DNA of 64,000 nucleotides from the NCBI GenBank assembly GCA_050613775.1, contig JBODTK010000010.1, positions 496,001-560,000 on the forward strand, written 5' to 3'. The stretch comes from Neocallimastix sp. 'constans' (Eukaryota). Each line of letters opens with the position of its first letter. Positions within the stretch are counted from its first letter, which is position 1. Made by a program: the position numbers and the translations under genes. Shown one piece after another: positions 11,281 through 24,675 of the stretch. The notes beneath the pieces are model-generated. The model worked only from the letters and a program-made list of their open reading frames with translations. It had not been told where the DNA came from and ran no database searches.

Positions 11281-14200
11281 TTAATTTTTTTTTTTTATCT
11301 ATTTTAGTATTTTTTATTTTTTTATTCATTTATTTATGTCAATACGTCACATTCATAAAAAAGTTTTTGTATATGAAATTTGATAATAATAATATTTAGT
11401 ATAAAAATTATTATTTGTAACATAGACTGTTAAATATGAAAGTATAATTGTATTTTAAAAATAATAATTATATATTCCTTTTTATATTTTAGTCAACTGA
11501 ACAAAAATAGTTGAATATCTTAATAATTTAATTTGTTTTCTTTTGAAAGGTTTATTAAAAAAAAAAAAGAAAAAACTGAGATCTCTATTATCCATTTTTT
11601 ATTTTTGTATTATTTGACAGTAATTATAAATATATAAAAAATAAAAATAATATTTTGGATAAAAAAAGAAATAAATATATATATATATTATATAAAACTT
11701 TTTTACACTAATAAAATATTACTAATAATTATTTTTTTTCTTCAAATTATCTAACAAATAACAATTATAAAAATATTTTATTTATATAATATTTTTATAA
11801 TTATTATTTGATTATTATTTATTTTTATTTTTATATTATTATTATTTTTTTAAATCAACTTGAATAATAGTATTCTTTATTACAAAGTAAATAGTATAAT
11901 CCAATAAAATTTTTATGCTATTTTTACTTATAGAATATTACTATGCATAATAATATTTTTATTAAGTATTTAAAGAATTTCTTTAAATCAATATATTAAC
12001 ATATATACTAATAAATAAATGCTTAAAAATTTTTTTTTTTTTTTTAAGAAACTATTGATAGAAAAATTAAATTATGGTATTATTTATTATTACTATTATT
12101 ATTAGATTTTAGAATAAAAATTAATATTCTTTTATTTTAAAAATAAAAGATAGAATAATTAATACTGTTATTATAAAAATAAAGATTATTCCTCTAATGT
12201 AATTTTTAACGATTGAAGGAAAAATGAAATAAATAACAAAAAACAGTTTTTATTAATATTATTTCTTTGAATTAATAATATTAAATAAAAAATTTAATAT
12301 CAATAATTTTTTTTTTGATAATTTATTAAATTTTTTTTTTATAATTAAACTAACAATTTGTTCATAATTTATTCAATGTTATTAACTAATTAGTATTAAA
12401 AATTATGCTATATTTTTTTTGGATTATAACGTATACGTATTATTAATGTATTTATATATTTGTATTTATATTTTCTTTTGTGACAGTTTAATATTTAACA
12501 GCTTTAATTTATAAATTTTTATAATTATAATATGTAAATTAATAATTTTAAACAGTAATAACTTTTTGTAATCGTAATAAATTATTTTTTTTTAAGAAAT
12601 AGATAAAAATAATAATTATTTATTTATTTAATTATTATTATTAGAATAATTTAATAAAGCTATAATTTTTATAATAAATATTTATTATTGTAATTTCTAT
12701 GAATTAATATAATTTTTTTTTATTTTGATTGTCAAGTTCTATTTTTTTAATTATTATTGGTATTTATTTTTAATAATAAAAATTCTATGGTGGGATAAAC
12801 TTTAAATATTAATAATTAATTTATTAATTATTAACCCACTGATTTAATTGATTTAATTGAAAAGTATATATATACATATATATAATATTATGTATTTTTA
12901 ATATAAAAAAAATGAAAAAGTCATTTATTTATATAAATATAATCAATTTTCAAAAAAAAAAAAAGTATAATATCTATTATGAGATTAACATCATATGTTA
13001 TACAAATTACAAATATAATAAATATTTAAAGTATTAATGTAATTAACAATAAAATTATAATAAAAATATAATAATAAAATTATAAAAATTAAAAAAAAAA
13101 AAAGATAATTTACAATATGAAATTTCTATAAACCTTTTTCATAATTTATTTAATTGCATATGTAAAGAACTAATTCATTACAAATTTGATATACTATTCA
13201 TTTAAATTCCTTCTCAAAAATATTATTATTGTTATTATATTATATGTATTATATTTCAATTCAATTATTTAAGATAACATCATAATTAATAGAAATAAAA
13301 AGTAATCAACCACTTAGTAAAAGAAATTTATAAGATTTTTGTAAATTATAATTAAAGCTTATACTTTTTTTATTAAATATTTTCATACTATTTTCCTAAT
13401 TAATTATAGATTTATCATCTAATTAATTATTAGGGAATACAATTATAAAAATTTTTCTTAAGCCTATTCAGTTACAATGATAAAAATAATATAAAAATTT
13501 CACAGGGTATAATAATTATTTTTTAAAAAATAGAATGAGAATATATCAAAAAAAAAAAAAAAAAAAAAAACATAATAAAAATATATTATATTGTGAAATA
13601 AGAATAAAATAAAAATAATATATTAATTGGAATAAAAGTTTAATTAGTATATATTCTTATGATTATAAAATGAAATTATAATATTAAAATCATAAAACTT
13701 ATTTAATTAGATTAAAAATATATACAATATTAATTTCTTTGATATAATATTATGGTTATTAATTAATTTTAAATAATTTAAATTATATATTAAATTCTTT
13801 TTTCATTTAGTTATAATTTAAATTCAAAAAAAGTTTATTATCTAAATTAATAAAAAAGAAGATTACCACAATAAGTTCTAAAGATATTTATTTTATTATT
13901 TATAATTAATTAATATATTATTAATAATCTATTAATTTAATATTAGAAATAAGTTTAAGAAATTTAATAATTAATATAAATATCCTTTATTAAAAATAAA
14001 AAAAACAAACATAACAAGAAGACAAAATGAAATAAGATTAATTTATATATTATAATGAAAATTTAATTAATTCAATTGTTATATAATATTATAATTAATA
14101 ATAAAGTACATATTATATAAAATATTCAATTATATAAATATGTAATTTTTATATTGTTCCAAATAATTTATTTCAACTTTTTGTTTCCAAATAGGAAATG

Positions 14201-15493
14201 ATTAAAATATTTCTTTCATTTTTTTTTCTTGTTTTTCTTTTTTATTTTATAACATTTTTTATTTATAAAATTTTAATTATTAATACACAACATCTTATAC
14301 TGTTACTTATGATTAATAAGAAATAAATTTATTTATATATATATATATATAAATAATTTTTTTTATTATACTTATAAAAAATGTATAAGATTGTAAAAAA
14401 AAATAATAAAAGGATCATCTATATAACATATAAAATATTTGAAAAGATAATTTAAAATTTATTATTTTCAATTATTACTAAATATGAATATTTTGAATAC
14501 TGTAGTTTCATAATTTAATTAAACTAATACCGTTATTATTCTGTCCAAATTAATATTGTTTACTGTGTAACAAATAAAAGTTATTATTGACCAATTAATC
14601 TAAATATAAAAAATATTTATGTATACCAAATATATTTTGTTTACCACTTAAATATCAAATTCTTTAGCATATTTTATAAATTAGGCATATATTAATATAT
14701 TAATGTATTAATATTATAATTAATATTATAGTTACTATTATTTTATTTACTTTAATATCTATGTAAATTCTTTTTTTCATTATAATATTAAATAGATAAT
14801 CCTAAAATACAACATATTAATACTTATTTAAAATAATATATAAATTAATACTTAATATTAGATATAAAAAATTAAATTATCTATTTTATTATAAAAAAAA
14901 CATGTATATTTTTTTTCTATTAAATTATTAAATTTTAATATATTTTAAAGTTTAAATGTATATAAATAATCCAAAATAATAAAATAATATACTTATTAAT
15001 AATAATTATGATAATTATGATAATTATAATAATAATAAATATAAAATAGCAAAAATTTCATCTTTTTTTTTTTTTTTTTTTTTCTTTAAGTTTTGAGTGT
15101 TATAAATTATTTAGTAATTTTATATAATAATATTAATAATATAAATTATTAAAAAAATAATTTATATATTTTATAATTAAACTATTAAATTATTTAATAA
15201 TTTAAAATTACTAAATTAATCTATTTATTATTTTTTTTAAGCTTTCATTTATTGGAAATATAAAAAATATATTTGCTAAAAAGAATAATTTATAGAGTAA
15301 ATTAATTATAAAAAAAAATAAAATAAAACTATAAAAATAAATATAAATTTAAAAGTAAAAAATAGAAAGAAATAAGAATTTAGAGTAAAAATTAAAATAA
15401 TTTAAATTAAATTTATAAAAAAAAATAACACAATAAAAAAAAAAAAAACACTTAAATTAACAATTAAGAAATAAAAATATAAATAAATTAGTC

Positions 15494-15521
<28 letters not shown>

Positions 15522-15524
<3 letters not shown>

Positions 15525-18500
15525 AAATACACACAATTAATTTCAATTGTTTTATCATTAACATCAACTCTTGCCCAAAATTTCTGTAGTACTACAGACC
15601 ATACTGGTGAAAGTGTTAAAGAAACTAGTAACAAGGTTGGTGCTATTGGTGATATTGGTTATGAATTATGGTCAGACAGTGGTGATAACAGTGCTACTTT
15701 CTATTCTGATGGTTCATTCTCTTGTTCTTTCAAGAATGCTAAGGATTACTTATGTCGTTCCGGTCTTTCCTTCGATAGTACTAAAACTCACAAAGAAATT
15801 GGACACATTTATGCTGACTTCAAATTAGTTAAGCAAGATATTCAAGATGTTGATTATTCATACATTGGTATTTATGGTTGGACTCGTGAACCACTTGTTG
15901 AATACTATGTTGTTGATAACTGGCTTAGTCAATATCGTCCAGGTGACTGGGTTGGAAACAAGAAATATGGTGATTTCGAAATTGATGGTGCTGAATATAC
16001 TGTTTATGAAAATACTCGTACTGGTCCATCTATTGATGGTGATAATGTTACTTTCAAGCAATACTTCAGTGTTCGTAAAGAAGCTCGTGATTGTGGTACT
16101 ATTGATATTACAGCCCATTTCGAAAAATGGGAAGAACTTGGTTTAGTTCTTGGTAAGATGCATGAAGCTAAGGTTTTAGGTGAAGCTGGTAGTATTCATG
16201 ATGGTACTAGTGGTACCGCTGATTTCCCATATGCTAAGGTTTACATTGAAGGTGCTCCAGTTGAAGAAGAAATTAATTCATCTGACGAAGAAGATGATGT
16301 AGTTGAAGATGTCAGCGGTGTAATTGAAGATGGAGATGAATCAGAAGCAGAAGTATCAGGATCAATTGAAGAAGAAAATGAATCAGAAGAAGAAGTTAGT
16401 GAATCAACTGAAACTGTTGCTCAAACTACTGAAATAGTTGAACAACCAACTGAAGCTGTTACTGAACCAGTTGAAGTTGATCCATCTGACTTCTGTAGTG
16501 CTAAGGATCATACTGGTGAAAGTGTTAAAGAAACTAGTAACAAGGTTGGTGCTATTGGTGATATTGGTTATGAATTATGGTCAGACAGTGGTGACAACAG
16601 TGCTACTTTCTATGCCGATGGTTCATTCTCTTGTTCATTCAAGAATGCTAAGGATTACTTATGTCGTTCCGGTCTTTCCTTCGATAGTACTAAGACTCAC
16701 AAAGAAATTGGACACATTTATGCTGATTTCAAGTTAGTTAAGCAAGATATTAAGGATGTTGATTATTCATACATTGGTATTTATGGTTGGACTCGTGAAC
16801 CACTTGTTGAATACTATGTTGTTGATAACTGGCTTAGTCAATACCGTCCAGGTGACTGGGTTGGAAACAAGAAATATGGTGATTTCGAAATTGATGGTGC
16901 TGAATACACTGTTTATGAAAACACTCGTACTGGTCCATCTATTGATGGTGATAATGTTACTTTCAAGCAATACTTCAGTATTCGTAAAGAAGCTCGTGAT
17001 TGTGGTACTATTGATATTACAGCCCATTTCGAAAAATGGGAAGAACTTGGTTTAGTTCTTGGTAAGATGCATGAAGCTAAGGTTTTAGGTGAAGCTGGTA
17101 GTATTCATGATGGTACTAGTGGTACCGCTGATTTCCCATATGCTAAGGTTTATATTAAGGATGCTCCAGTTGAAGAAGTTCCACAACCAACTGAAACAGT
17201 TGCTGAAACTACTGAAATTGTTGAACAACCAACTGAAGTTGCTACTGAACCAGTTGAAGTTGATCCATCTGACTTCTGTAGTGCTAAGGATCATACTGGT
17301 GAAAGTGTTAAAGAAACTAGTAACAAGGTTGGTGCTATTGGTGATATTGGTTATGAATTATGGTCAGACAGTGGTGACAACAGTGCTACTTTCTATGCCG
17401 ATGGTTCATTCTCTTGTTCATTCAAGAATGCTAAGGATTACTTATGTCGTTCCGGTCTTTCCTTCGATAGTACTAAGACTCACAAAGAAATTGGACACAT
17501 TTATGCTGATTTCAAGTTAGTTAAGCAAGATATTAAGGATGTTGATTATTCATACATTGGTATTTATGGTTGGACTCGTGAACCACTTGTTGAATACTAT
17601 GTTGTTGATAACTGGCTTAGTCAATACCGTCCAGGTGACTGGGTTGGAAACAAGAAATATGGTGATTTCGAAATTGATGGTGCTGAATACACTGTTTATG
17701 AAAACACTCGTACTGGTCCATCTATTGATGGTGATAATGTTACTTTCAAACAATACTTCAGTATTCGTAAAGAAGCTCGTGACTGTGGTACTATTGATAT
17801 TACAGCCCATTTTGAAAAATGGGAAGAACTTGATTTAGTTCTTGGTAAGATGCATGAAGCTAAGGTTTTAGGTGAAGCTGGTAGTATTCATGATGGTACT
17901 AGTGGTACTGCTGATTTCCCATATGCTAAGGTTTATATTAAGGATGCTCCAGTTGAAGAAGTTCCACAACCAACTGAAACAGTTGCTGAAACTACTGAAA
18001 TTGTTGAACAACCAACTGAAGTTGCTACTGAACCAGTTGAAGTTGATCCATCTGACTTCTGTAGTGCTAAGGATCATACTGGTGAAAGTGTTAAAGAAAC
18101 TAGTAACAAGGTTGGTGCTATTGGTGATATTGGTTATGAATTATGGTCAGACAGTGGTGACAACAGTGCTACTTTCTATGCCGATGGTTCATTCTCTTGT
18201 TCATTCAAGAATGCTAAGGATTACTTATGTCGTTCCGGTCTTTCCTTCGATAGTACTAAGACTCACAAAGAAATTGGACACATTTATGCTGATTTCAAGT
18301 TAGTTAAGCAAGATATTAAGGATGTTGATTATTCATACATTGGTATTTATGGTTGGACTCGTGAACCACTTGTTGAATACTATGTTGTTGATAACTGGCT
18401 TAGTCAATACCGTCCAGGTGACTGGGTTGGAAACAAGAAATATGGTGATTTCGAAATTGATGGTGCTGAATACACTGTTTATGAAAACACTCGTACTGGT

Positions 18501-19778
18501 CCATCTATTGATGGTGATAATGTTACTTTCAAACAATACTTCAGTATTCGTAAAGAAGCTCGTGACTGTGGTACTATTGATATTACAGCCCATTTTGAAA
18601 AATGGGAAGAACTTGATTTAGTTCTTGGTAAGATGCATGAAGCTAAGGTTTTAGGTGAAGCTGGTAGTATTCATGATGGTACTAGTGGTACTGCTGATTT
18701 CCCATATGCTAAGGTTTATATTAAGGATGCTCCAGTTGAAGAAGTTCCACAACCAACTGAAACAGTTGCTGAAACTACTGAAATTGTTGAACAACCAACT
18801 GAAGTTGCTACTGAACCAGTTGAAGTTGATCCATCTGACTTCTGTAGTGCTAAGGATCATACTGGTGAAAGTGTTAAAGAAACTAGTAACAAGGTTGGTG
18901 CTATTGGTGATATTGGTTATGAATTATGGTCAGACAGTGGTGACAACAGTGCTACTTTCTATGCCGATGGTTCATTCTCTTGTTCATTCAAGAATGCTAA
19001 GGATTACTTATGTCGTTCCGGTCTTTCCTTCGATAGTACTAAAACTCACAAAGAAATTGGACACATTTATGCTGACTTCAAATTAGTTAAGCAAGATATT
19101 AAGGATGTTGATTATTCATACATTGGTATTTATGGTTGGACTCGTGAACCACTTGTTGAATACTATGTTGTTGATAACTGGCTTAGTCAATACCGTCCAG
19201 GTGACTGGGTTGGAAACAAGAAATATGGTGATTTCGAAATTGATGGTGCTGAATACACTGTTTATGAAAACACTCGTACTGGTCCATCTATTGATGGTGA
19301 TAATGTTACTTTCAAGCAATACTTCAGTATTCGTAAAGAAGCTCGTGATTGTGGTACTATTGATATTACAGCTCATTTCGAAAAATGGGAAGAACTTGAT
19401 TTAGTTCTTGGTAAGATGCATGAAGCTAAGGTTTTAGGTGAAGCTGGTAGTATTCATGATGGTACTAGTGGTACTGCTGATTTCCCATATGCTAATGTTT
19501 ACATTAAGGATGCTCCAGTTGAAGAAGTTAAGGAAGAAACTTGTTCAGCTAAAATTCTTGCTCAGGGATACAGTTGCTGTCCAAAAGGATGTAGAGTTTA
19601 TGTAACTGATGATGATGGTGATTGGGGTTATGTAAACAATGAATGGTGTGGTTGCAAAGTAGATTTTAAGGTCTGTGCTCAAGGTTACCCATGTTGTAAG
19701 GGTAAATCTGAAATCTATTTTGTTGATAAAGATGGTAACTGGGGATATGAAAACGGAGATTGGTGTTTACTTGCTTAG
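15522..19778 (+). CDS. Secreted cellulosomal endo-1,4-beta-xylanase: signal peptide, 5 x GH11, 2 x fungal dockerin (CBM10-type)
   Basis: Each domain has [15 protein letters not shown] (nucleophile Glu), PSIDG, TFKQYFS.R and [11 protein letters not shown] (acid/base Glu). Linkers are E/T/P/V-rich. Two GYxCC...D.DG.WG..N..WC dockerins start at 19542. Intronless. Confidence 0.97.
15582..19530 (+). repeat. Intragenic tandem array of GH11 units starting at 15582, 16491, 17274, 18057 and 18840 (909 bp, then 783 bp period)
   Basis: Near-identical nucleotide copies. Confidence 0.97.
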
Positions 19779-20153
19779 ATAAAAATATTAAACAATTGAA
19801 ATTTTATTTGATTATAATTAAATCAAGTAAAAAAAAAATAAAAAATAAAAAATAAATAGTTTAAAATAGTTGAAATAGTTATTATATTAATAGATTTTTT
19901 TTTTATTATTTTTTATTAAAATCAATAAAAATAAGAAATAATAAATAAAAAAAAAAAAATAAAAAAAATAAAAATTATGTATAAATATATATTAATTATT
20001 AATATCTTTTTTAATAGATATTAATAATTAGTATTTTTTAATAAATATTGTTAATATAATCTTTATTAAAAGATTAAATAATGTTATATTAACATAAAAT
20101 AATAAAAGTTAAAAAAATTTATAGATAAAATGAATAAATAATAATAATAATAA

Positions 20154-20187
<34 letters not shown>

Positions 20188-20484
20188 ATTAAAAATTAAT
20201 AAATAAAAAATATATATATATATATAATAAATAAAAAAATTAATTTAAAAAATTATTAAAAATTTATATATAATTAACATTTCATTAATAATTGATAATA
20301 GGTTATTAAATTAATAATTAGTATTTTGAATATAAAAAATTAAAAAGAAATATATTATTTAACTTGAATGTAAAAGAAATTTCTTATTTCTTATTTTCTT
20401 ATTTTATTAATTTTTTTTTTTTTATTTAAGAATCATAAATAAGTGTATAACATCATATTCACATATTCTAACAACAACAACAAC

Positions 20485-20518
<34 letters not shown>

Positions 20519-20550
20519 TAATAATAATAATATAATAATAATAATGGATC

Positions 20551-20744
20551 TTTATTATTATAAAATTATTAAAATAAAAATAAAATTAAAATATAGCAAA
20601 AAACATTCGATAAAAAATAAAAAGGTTATAAATAATTAATACAATTTATTTATTTTTTTTTTTTTTTTTTTTTATTTTAATTATTTTTTATCGTTTGTAT
20701 TTTGCTATATTTTATTTTTATTTTATTAATTTTATAATAATAAA
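20551..20744. repeat. AT-rich foldback (imperfect inverted repeat, arms about 65 bp)
   Basis: TTATTATTATAAAATT...AAAATATAGCAAAA...CGATAAAAAATAA is mirrored by TTATTTTTTATCG...TTTTGCTATATTTT...AATTTTATAATAATAA. Confidence 0.8.
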
Positions 20745-20753
20745 AAACTTTAT

Positions 20754-20928
20754 AAAGGCTAGTATGGCTAATGCCTCTGAAGGAGAAGACCATAACTTCT
20801 TTCAGATAGTCAATTCAAGCTCTAATCCGGAATAAGAATTCCTTTTAAAACGAAATCTTATTATCTGGAGGTGGTTCATTGCATATGAATTTTTTTCTGA
20901 ATTTATTTATACACTTATTTTGAATATT

Positions 20929-20976
<48 letters not shown>

Positions 20977-21180
20977 CTTTCATATTACTATTTTAAATAT
21001 TATTATGTTCTAATTGGACAAATAATATATATATATATTTTTTTTATTATAAATTGTGCCTTTTTTTTTATATAAAAAAAAAATTAATAAATAAATGAAT
21101 AAATAAATAAATGAATAAATAAATAATAAATAAATAAATAAAGTTTAAAGTTCACAATAATTACAGCTATGAAAAAAAAT
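20754..21180 (+). mobile_element. Second copy of the probable non-LTR retrotransposon 3' end
   Basis: KASMANASEGEDHNFFQIVNSSSNPE* followed by about 350 bp colinear with the reverse complement of 4455-4715. Confidence 0.6.
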
Positions 21181-21779
21181 TTATAAAAAAATATTATTGA
21201 ATAAATAAAAACTTTATAACTATTATCTTTAACATTAATAATTCTTACATGTTTTATTTTTGAAACAAATTATATGAAACAAATAAATACTTGTGTATTT
21301 GATAAAGTACGCCAGGTTCAGTATTTTTTGTTGGGAGAAGTTTTATTTATATAGTTTTTAGTTATGAAAATTTATTTATTTATTATTTAAAAGTAATTAT
21401 AAATTATTTAATACATGTATTTATTTATTAATTTGAAAATATAAAAGAAATTATTGAGTAAATTGGCATAAAACATTGCGAAGAATAATTATAAAGAATT
21501 ATTCTTGCTTTTATATTTAGAAATCATAATAAACTATTTAATTAATTAGTTTTTATGATAACTATTAAGTATTTAAAGTATTTCATATAAAAGTATAAAA
21601 TAAAATAGTATAAAATAAAATATATATTAAAGTAAAATATTAAAAATAAGTATTATTCATAAAATAATAATAATATTAGAAATTTACTATAATTAATAAA
21701 ATGTAAAATATTAATATAAAATAATAATTATTTATAAAAAAAATAATAAAAAGAAATTTATAAATTATTTCAATTTTAA

Positions 21780-21905
21780 AGGTAACATAAAATTTATTAC
21801 ATAAATTTTATGTTTACATCAATTTTTATGTTCTAACTTAATTTTATGTCATAATTTTAGTTTTATCACATTATTTTTAATCATATTTAATTTATGTCAC
21901 GTAGT
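21780..21905. repeat. Degenerate ~20-bp tandem repeats (AATTTTATGTxAC), possibly a DNA-transposon subterminal array
   Basis: About six loose copies after GGTAACATAAAA. Confidence 0.4.
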
Positions 21906-23124
21906 TGCAAATGATTTATTAATTTATTTTTATGTAATTATTAATAAAATAATTTATTAATAATTAAAATTTTTATTTCCGTTTTATATCATATTTATAT
22001 ATTAGTAAATTATCATTAATTTTGAAATATTTTAATTCATATAAATTGTTGACCGCTATTTTTATTAATATAAAAAAATTTTTAATATAAATATATAATA
22101 TTATTTGTTTATTTCTTTTAGAAATGAATTGTTCAATTGAAATTAGTTTTATTAAGTCTCTTTGTTAATTAATTACAAAAAATAGATAGATTATAAGTAT
22201 ATGAGCAGTACATAATTTTGGTAAAGGATTTAACATGTACCATGTGGATCAAACCACATTATATATTTCATGAATCAAAAAATACATTATTTATAAATAA
22301 CAAATAATTTATATAACATAAATAAGTATATATGAAAGTAAATAATTAAAATTAAACTTTGTATTTTAACAGTATATTATTTATTTATTATTATTGTTAT
22401 TTTATAGAAAAAATATAGTTACAATCAATTTATATGATTTGTAACAAATGTAAAATCCATATGTTTTTCTAAATATGATATTAATAATTTCTCCGTATGT
22501 TATTATTTGTCTCCATTAGTTAAATACTTCTTATAAACTTTATTTTATATTTATTTGTTTGTGTTGACCAAAAATAATTATTTATTTAATAAACTTTATA
22601 TTCAAAATTAAGATATATGAATCAACATTCAATTCGAAAATTCGAAATAACATTTACTATTTATTTATTTGTTTATTTTTATTTTAATTAATACTTTTTT
22701 TCTTTTTTTTTTTTTTTAGAAAAAACAAATGAATTATAAATTAATCATGAGTAAATTCCAAAATTCCGTTGTTTTCTGTACTATTTTTTTTTTCTTTTAA
22801 TATATAAATAAATAATAATTATAAATTCAAGAAATTTATAAAATTAATTAATATTAATTAATTAATATATTAATTTATATATGATTCTATAGAAGAATTG
22901 TCTTGGTATTAATGTTTATCAATAATCAATTTAATAAACACAATAATAGAAATAATTAATAATATAGATATAATACTAAAAATATGAATATAGTAAGTTT
23001 TGATGATTATTATTATTTATTATAATGATTATTTTTTCTATTATTAAATTTTTATTATTTTGTGGTATATTATTCCTTGGTTAACTATAATATTCATTTT
23101 GTATATTAAATATATTATTTAATC

Positions 23125-23545
23125 CTCCAAAGGTTGCATTCCATTTGACTAATTTAATACTTTCAATAATATCTTCTACATAACCTTTACATTTTGTCCA
23201 ATTCTTTTTAATTCTAATATTAGTATATCCATGCTTTTTCAGGTAAGGATTTGAAAAGTATGATAGCTTTTTCTACATCGCTAGTTCTTTATATTTAATT
23301 TTTCAAGGTCTTCGAATTTTGTATTTAACTGATTTTGGAATATATAAATACTTTCAGTATCTCTATACTTTATATTATTTATTTTCTTAATGATGACATT
23401 TTTTCTGCTCAATTTATTCCCATATAAATGTTTTCAAAAAATGTCTTTATTTTATTCGCTGTTAAATGTGGATTTGCAATTTCTTTTAAAGTTCTTTCTC
23501 CAAGACTGCCTCTTAATAACATTTATCATATTCTTTGTTACTGGT
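23125..23545 (-). mobile_element. Ty1/copia gag remnant
   Basis: Frameshifted LLRGSLGERTLKEI / IKKINNIKYRDTESIYIFQNQLNTKFEDLEKLN / SDVEKAIILFKSLPEK, typical of the copia Gag (UBN2-like) region. Confidence 0.65.
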
Positions 23546-23563
23546 TAGGGCGGTACACACCGG

Positions 23564-23594
<31 letters not shown>

Positions 23595-23607
23595 TAGTGC
23601 TTTTCGC

Positions 23608-24262
23608 GGGAGAGTTGCATTTCCCCAGATTGCATTTCGCCAAGTGGCGTATTATTAAAATGTTGCATTTCCCCAAGTTGCATTTCGACAAATGGCTTAT
23701 TGATATAAGTAAATGAATAAATAAATAAATAAAAATTCAAAATAATTTTTTTAAATAAATAAAAATTCAAAATAATTTTTTTAAATAAATAAAAATTCAA
23801 AATAATTTTTTTAAACTTGTTTTTATTATATTTTATAATTAATTATAGATATTTTTTAAAATAAAATAATTATTAATAATTTTTAATTATAATATAACAA
23901 TACTTTAATTATAAAAATATATTTTTAAAATAATAAAATTTTATCATAAGCTAACCTAATCTAATAAAGATTAAAAATACTTTAATAATTATTGTATTTA
24001 TTCATTTATTCTCTTTAAAATAATTTTTACTATTAAAAAAAATTATTATTATATATTTTAATATTTCGTAAAATAGTAATAAAATAATAATTTATAATAT
24101 TTAATTATAAAAATATATTTAATTATAAAGATATATTTTAATATTTTGTAAAAAAATAATACTATAACAATATTTTAATTATATAAATATATTTTTAAAA
24201 TAATAATATTTTATTTATTTATTTATTTAATAATTCTCAATTTGGCGAAATGCCCCACACCC
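23608..24262. mobile_element. MITE family A with 8-bp target-site duplication (1 mismatch)
   Basis: GGGAGAGTTGCATTTC...GAAATGCCCCACACCC, flanked by CTTTTCGC (23600-23607) and CTTTACGC (24263-24270); repeated TTGCATTTC subterminal motifs. Confidence 0.8.
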
Positions 24263-24474
24263 CTTTACGCAATCGTGCATTTCACAATGCGGCGTATTTT
24301 GGTATGTGGCTTGTTTTTTAATAATTTAATAAATAATTATTAAATAAATAATAATTTAATTAATAATAATTAAATAAAAAATAATTAAATAAATAATAAA
24401 TAAATATTCTTTTTTTTTTTTTTTTTTTTTATATAATTTATTGATATTCAATTATAAAAATAATTTTTTATAAT

Positions 24475-24642
24475 GACAAGCAGTAATTATACTTGGGTAA
24501 GGAGCGCCAATGCAGAGTAACTGTAAGGCAGTCCAGCAGGGACGGGACCACCTACTAAGTAGGAAGTTAGATAAGGGTTCTAGTAATAAACCATTGTGTG
24601 TCAACAGATGTGCAGCTGGGGAGAAATCCTGCTACGATCGTT

Positions 24643-24672
<30 letters not shown>
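24475..24672 (+). mobile_element. 5'-truncated non-LTR retrotransposon (or SINE) insertion with poly(A) tail and 21-bp TSD
   Basis: GC-rich body, A-tract from 24643, and an exact ATAAAAATAATTTTTTATAAT at 24454-24474 and 24673-24693. Confidence 0.85.

Positions 24673-24675
<3 letters not shown>

Noticed and set aside
15571..19404. Many short alternative-frame and antisense ORFs
   Set aside because: They are shadows of the biased codon usage in the repeated GH11 gene.
24475..24642. Self-cleaving ribozyme in the GC-rich insertion
   Set aside because: No hammerhead CUGANGA/GAAA core or HDV/twister pseudoknot could be assembled by eye.
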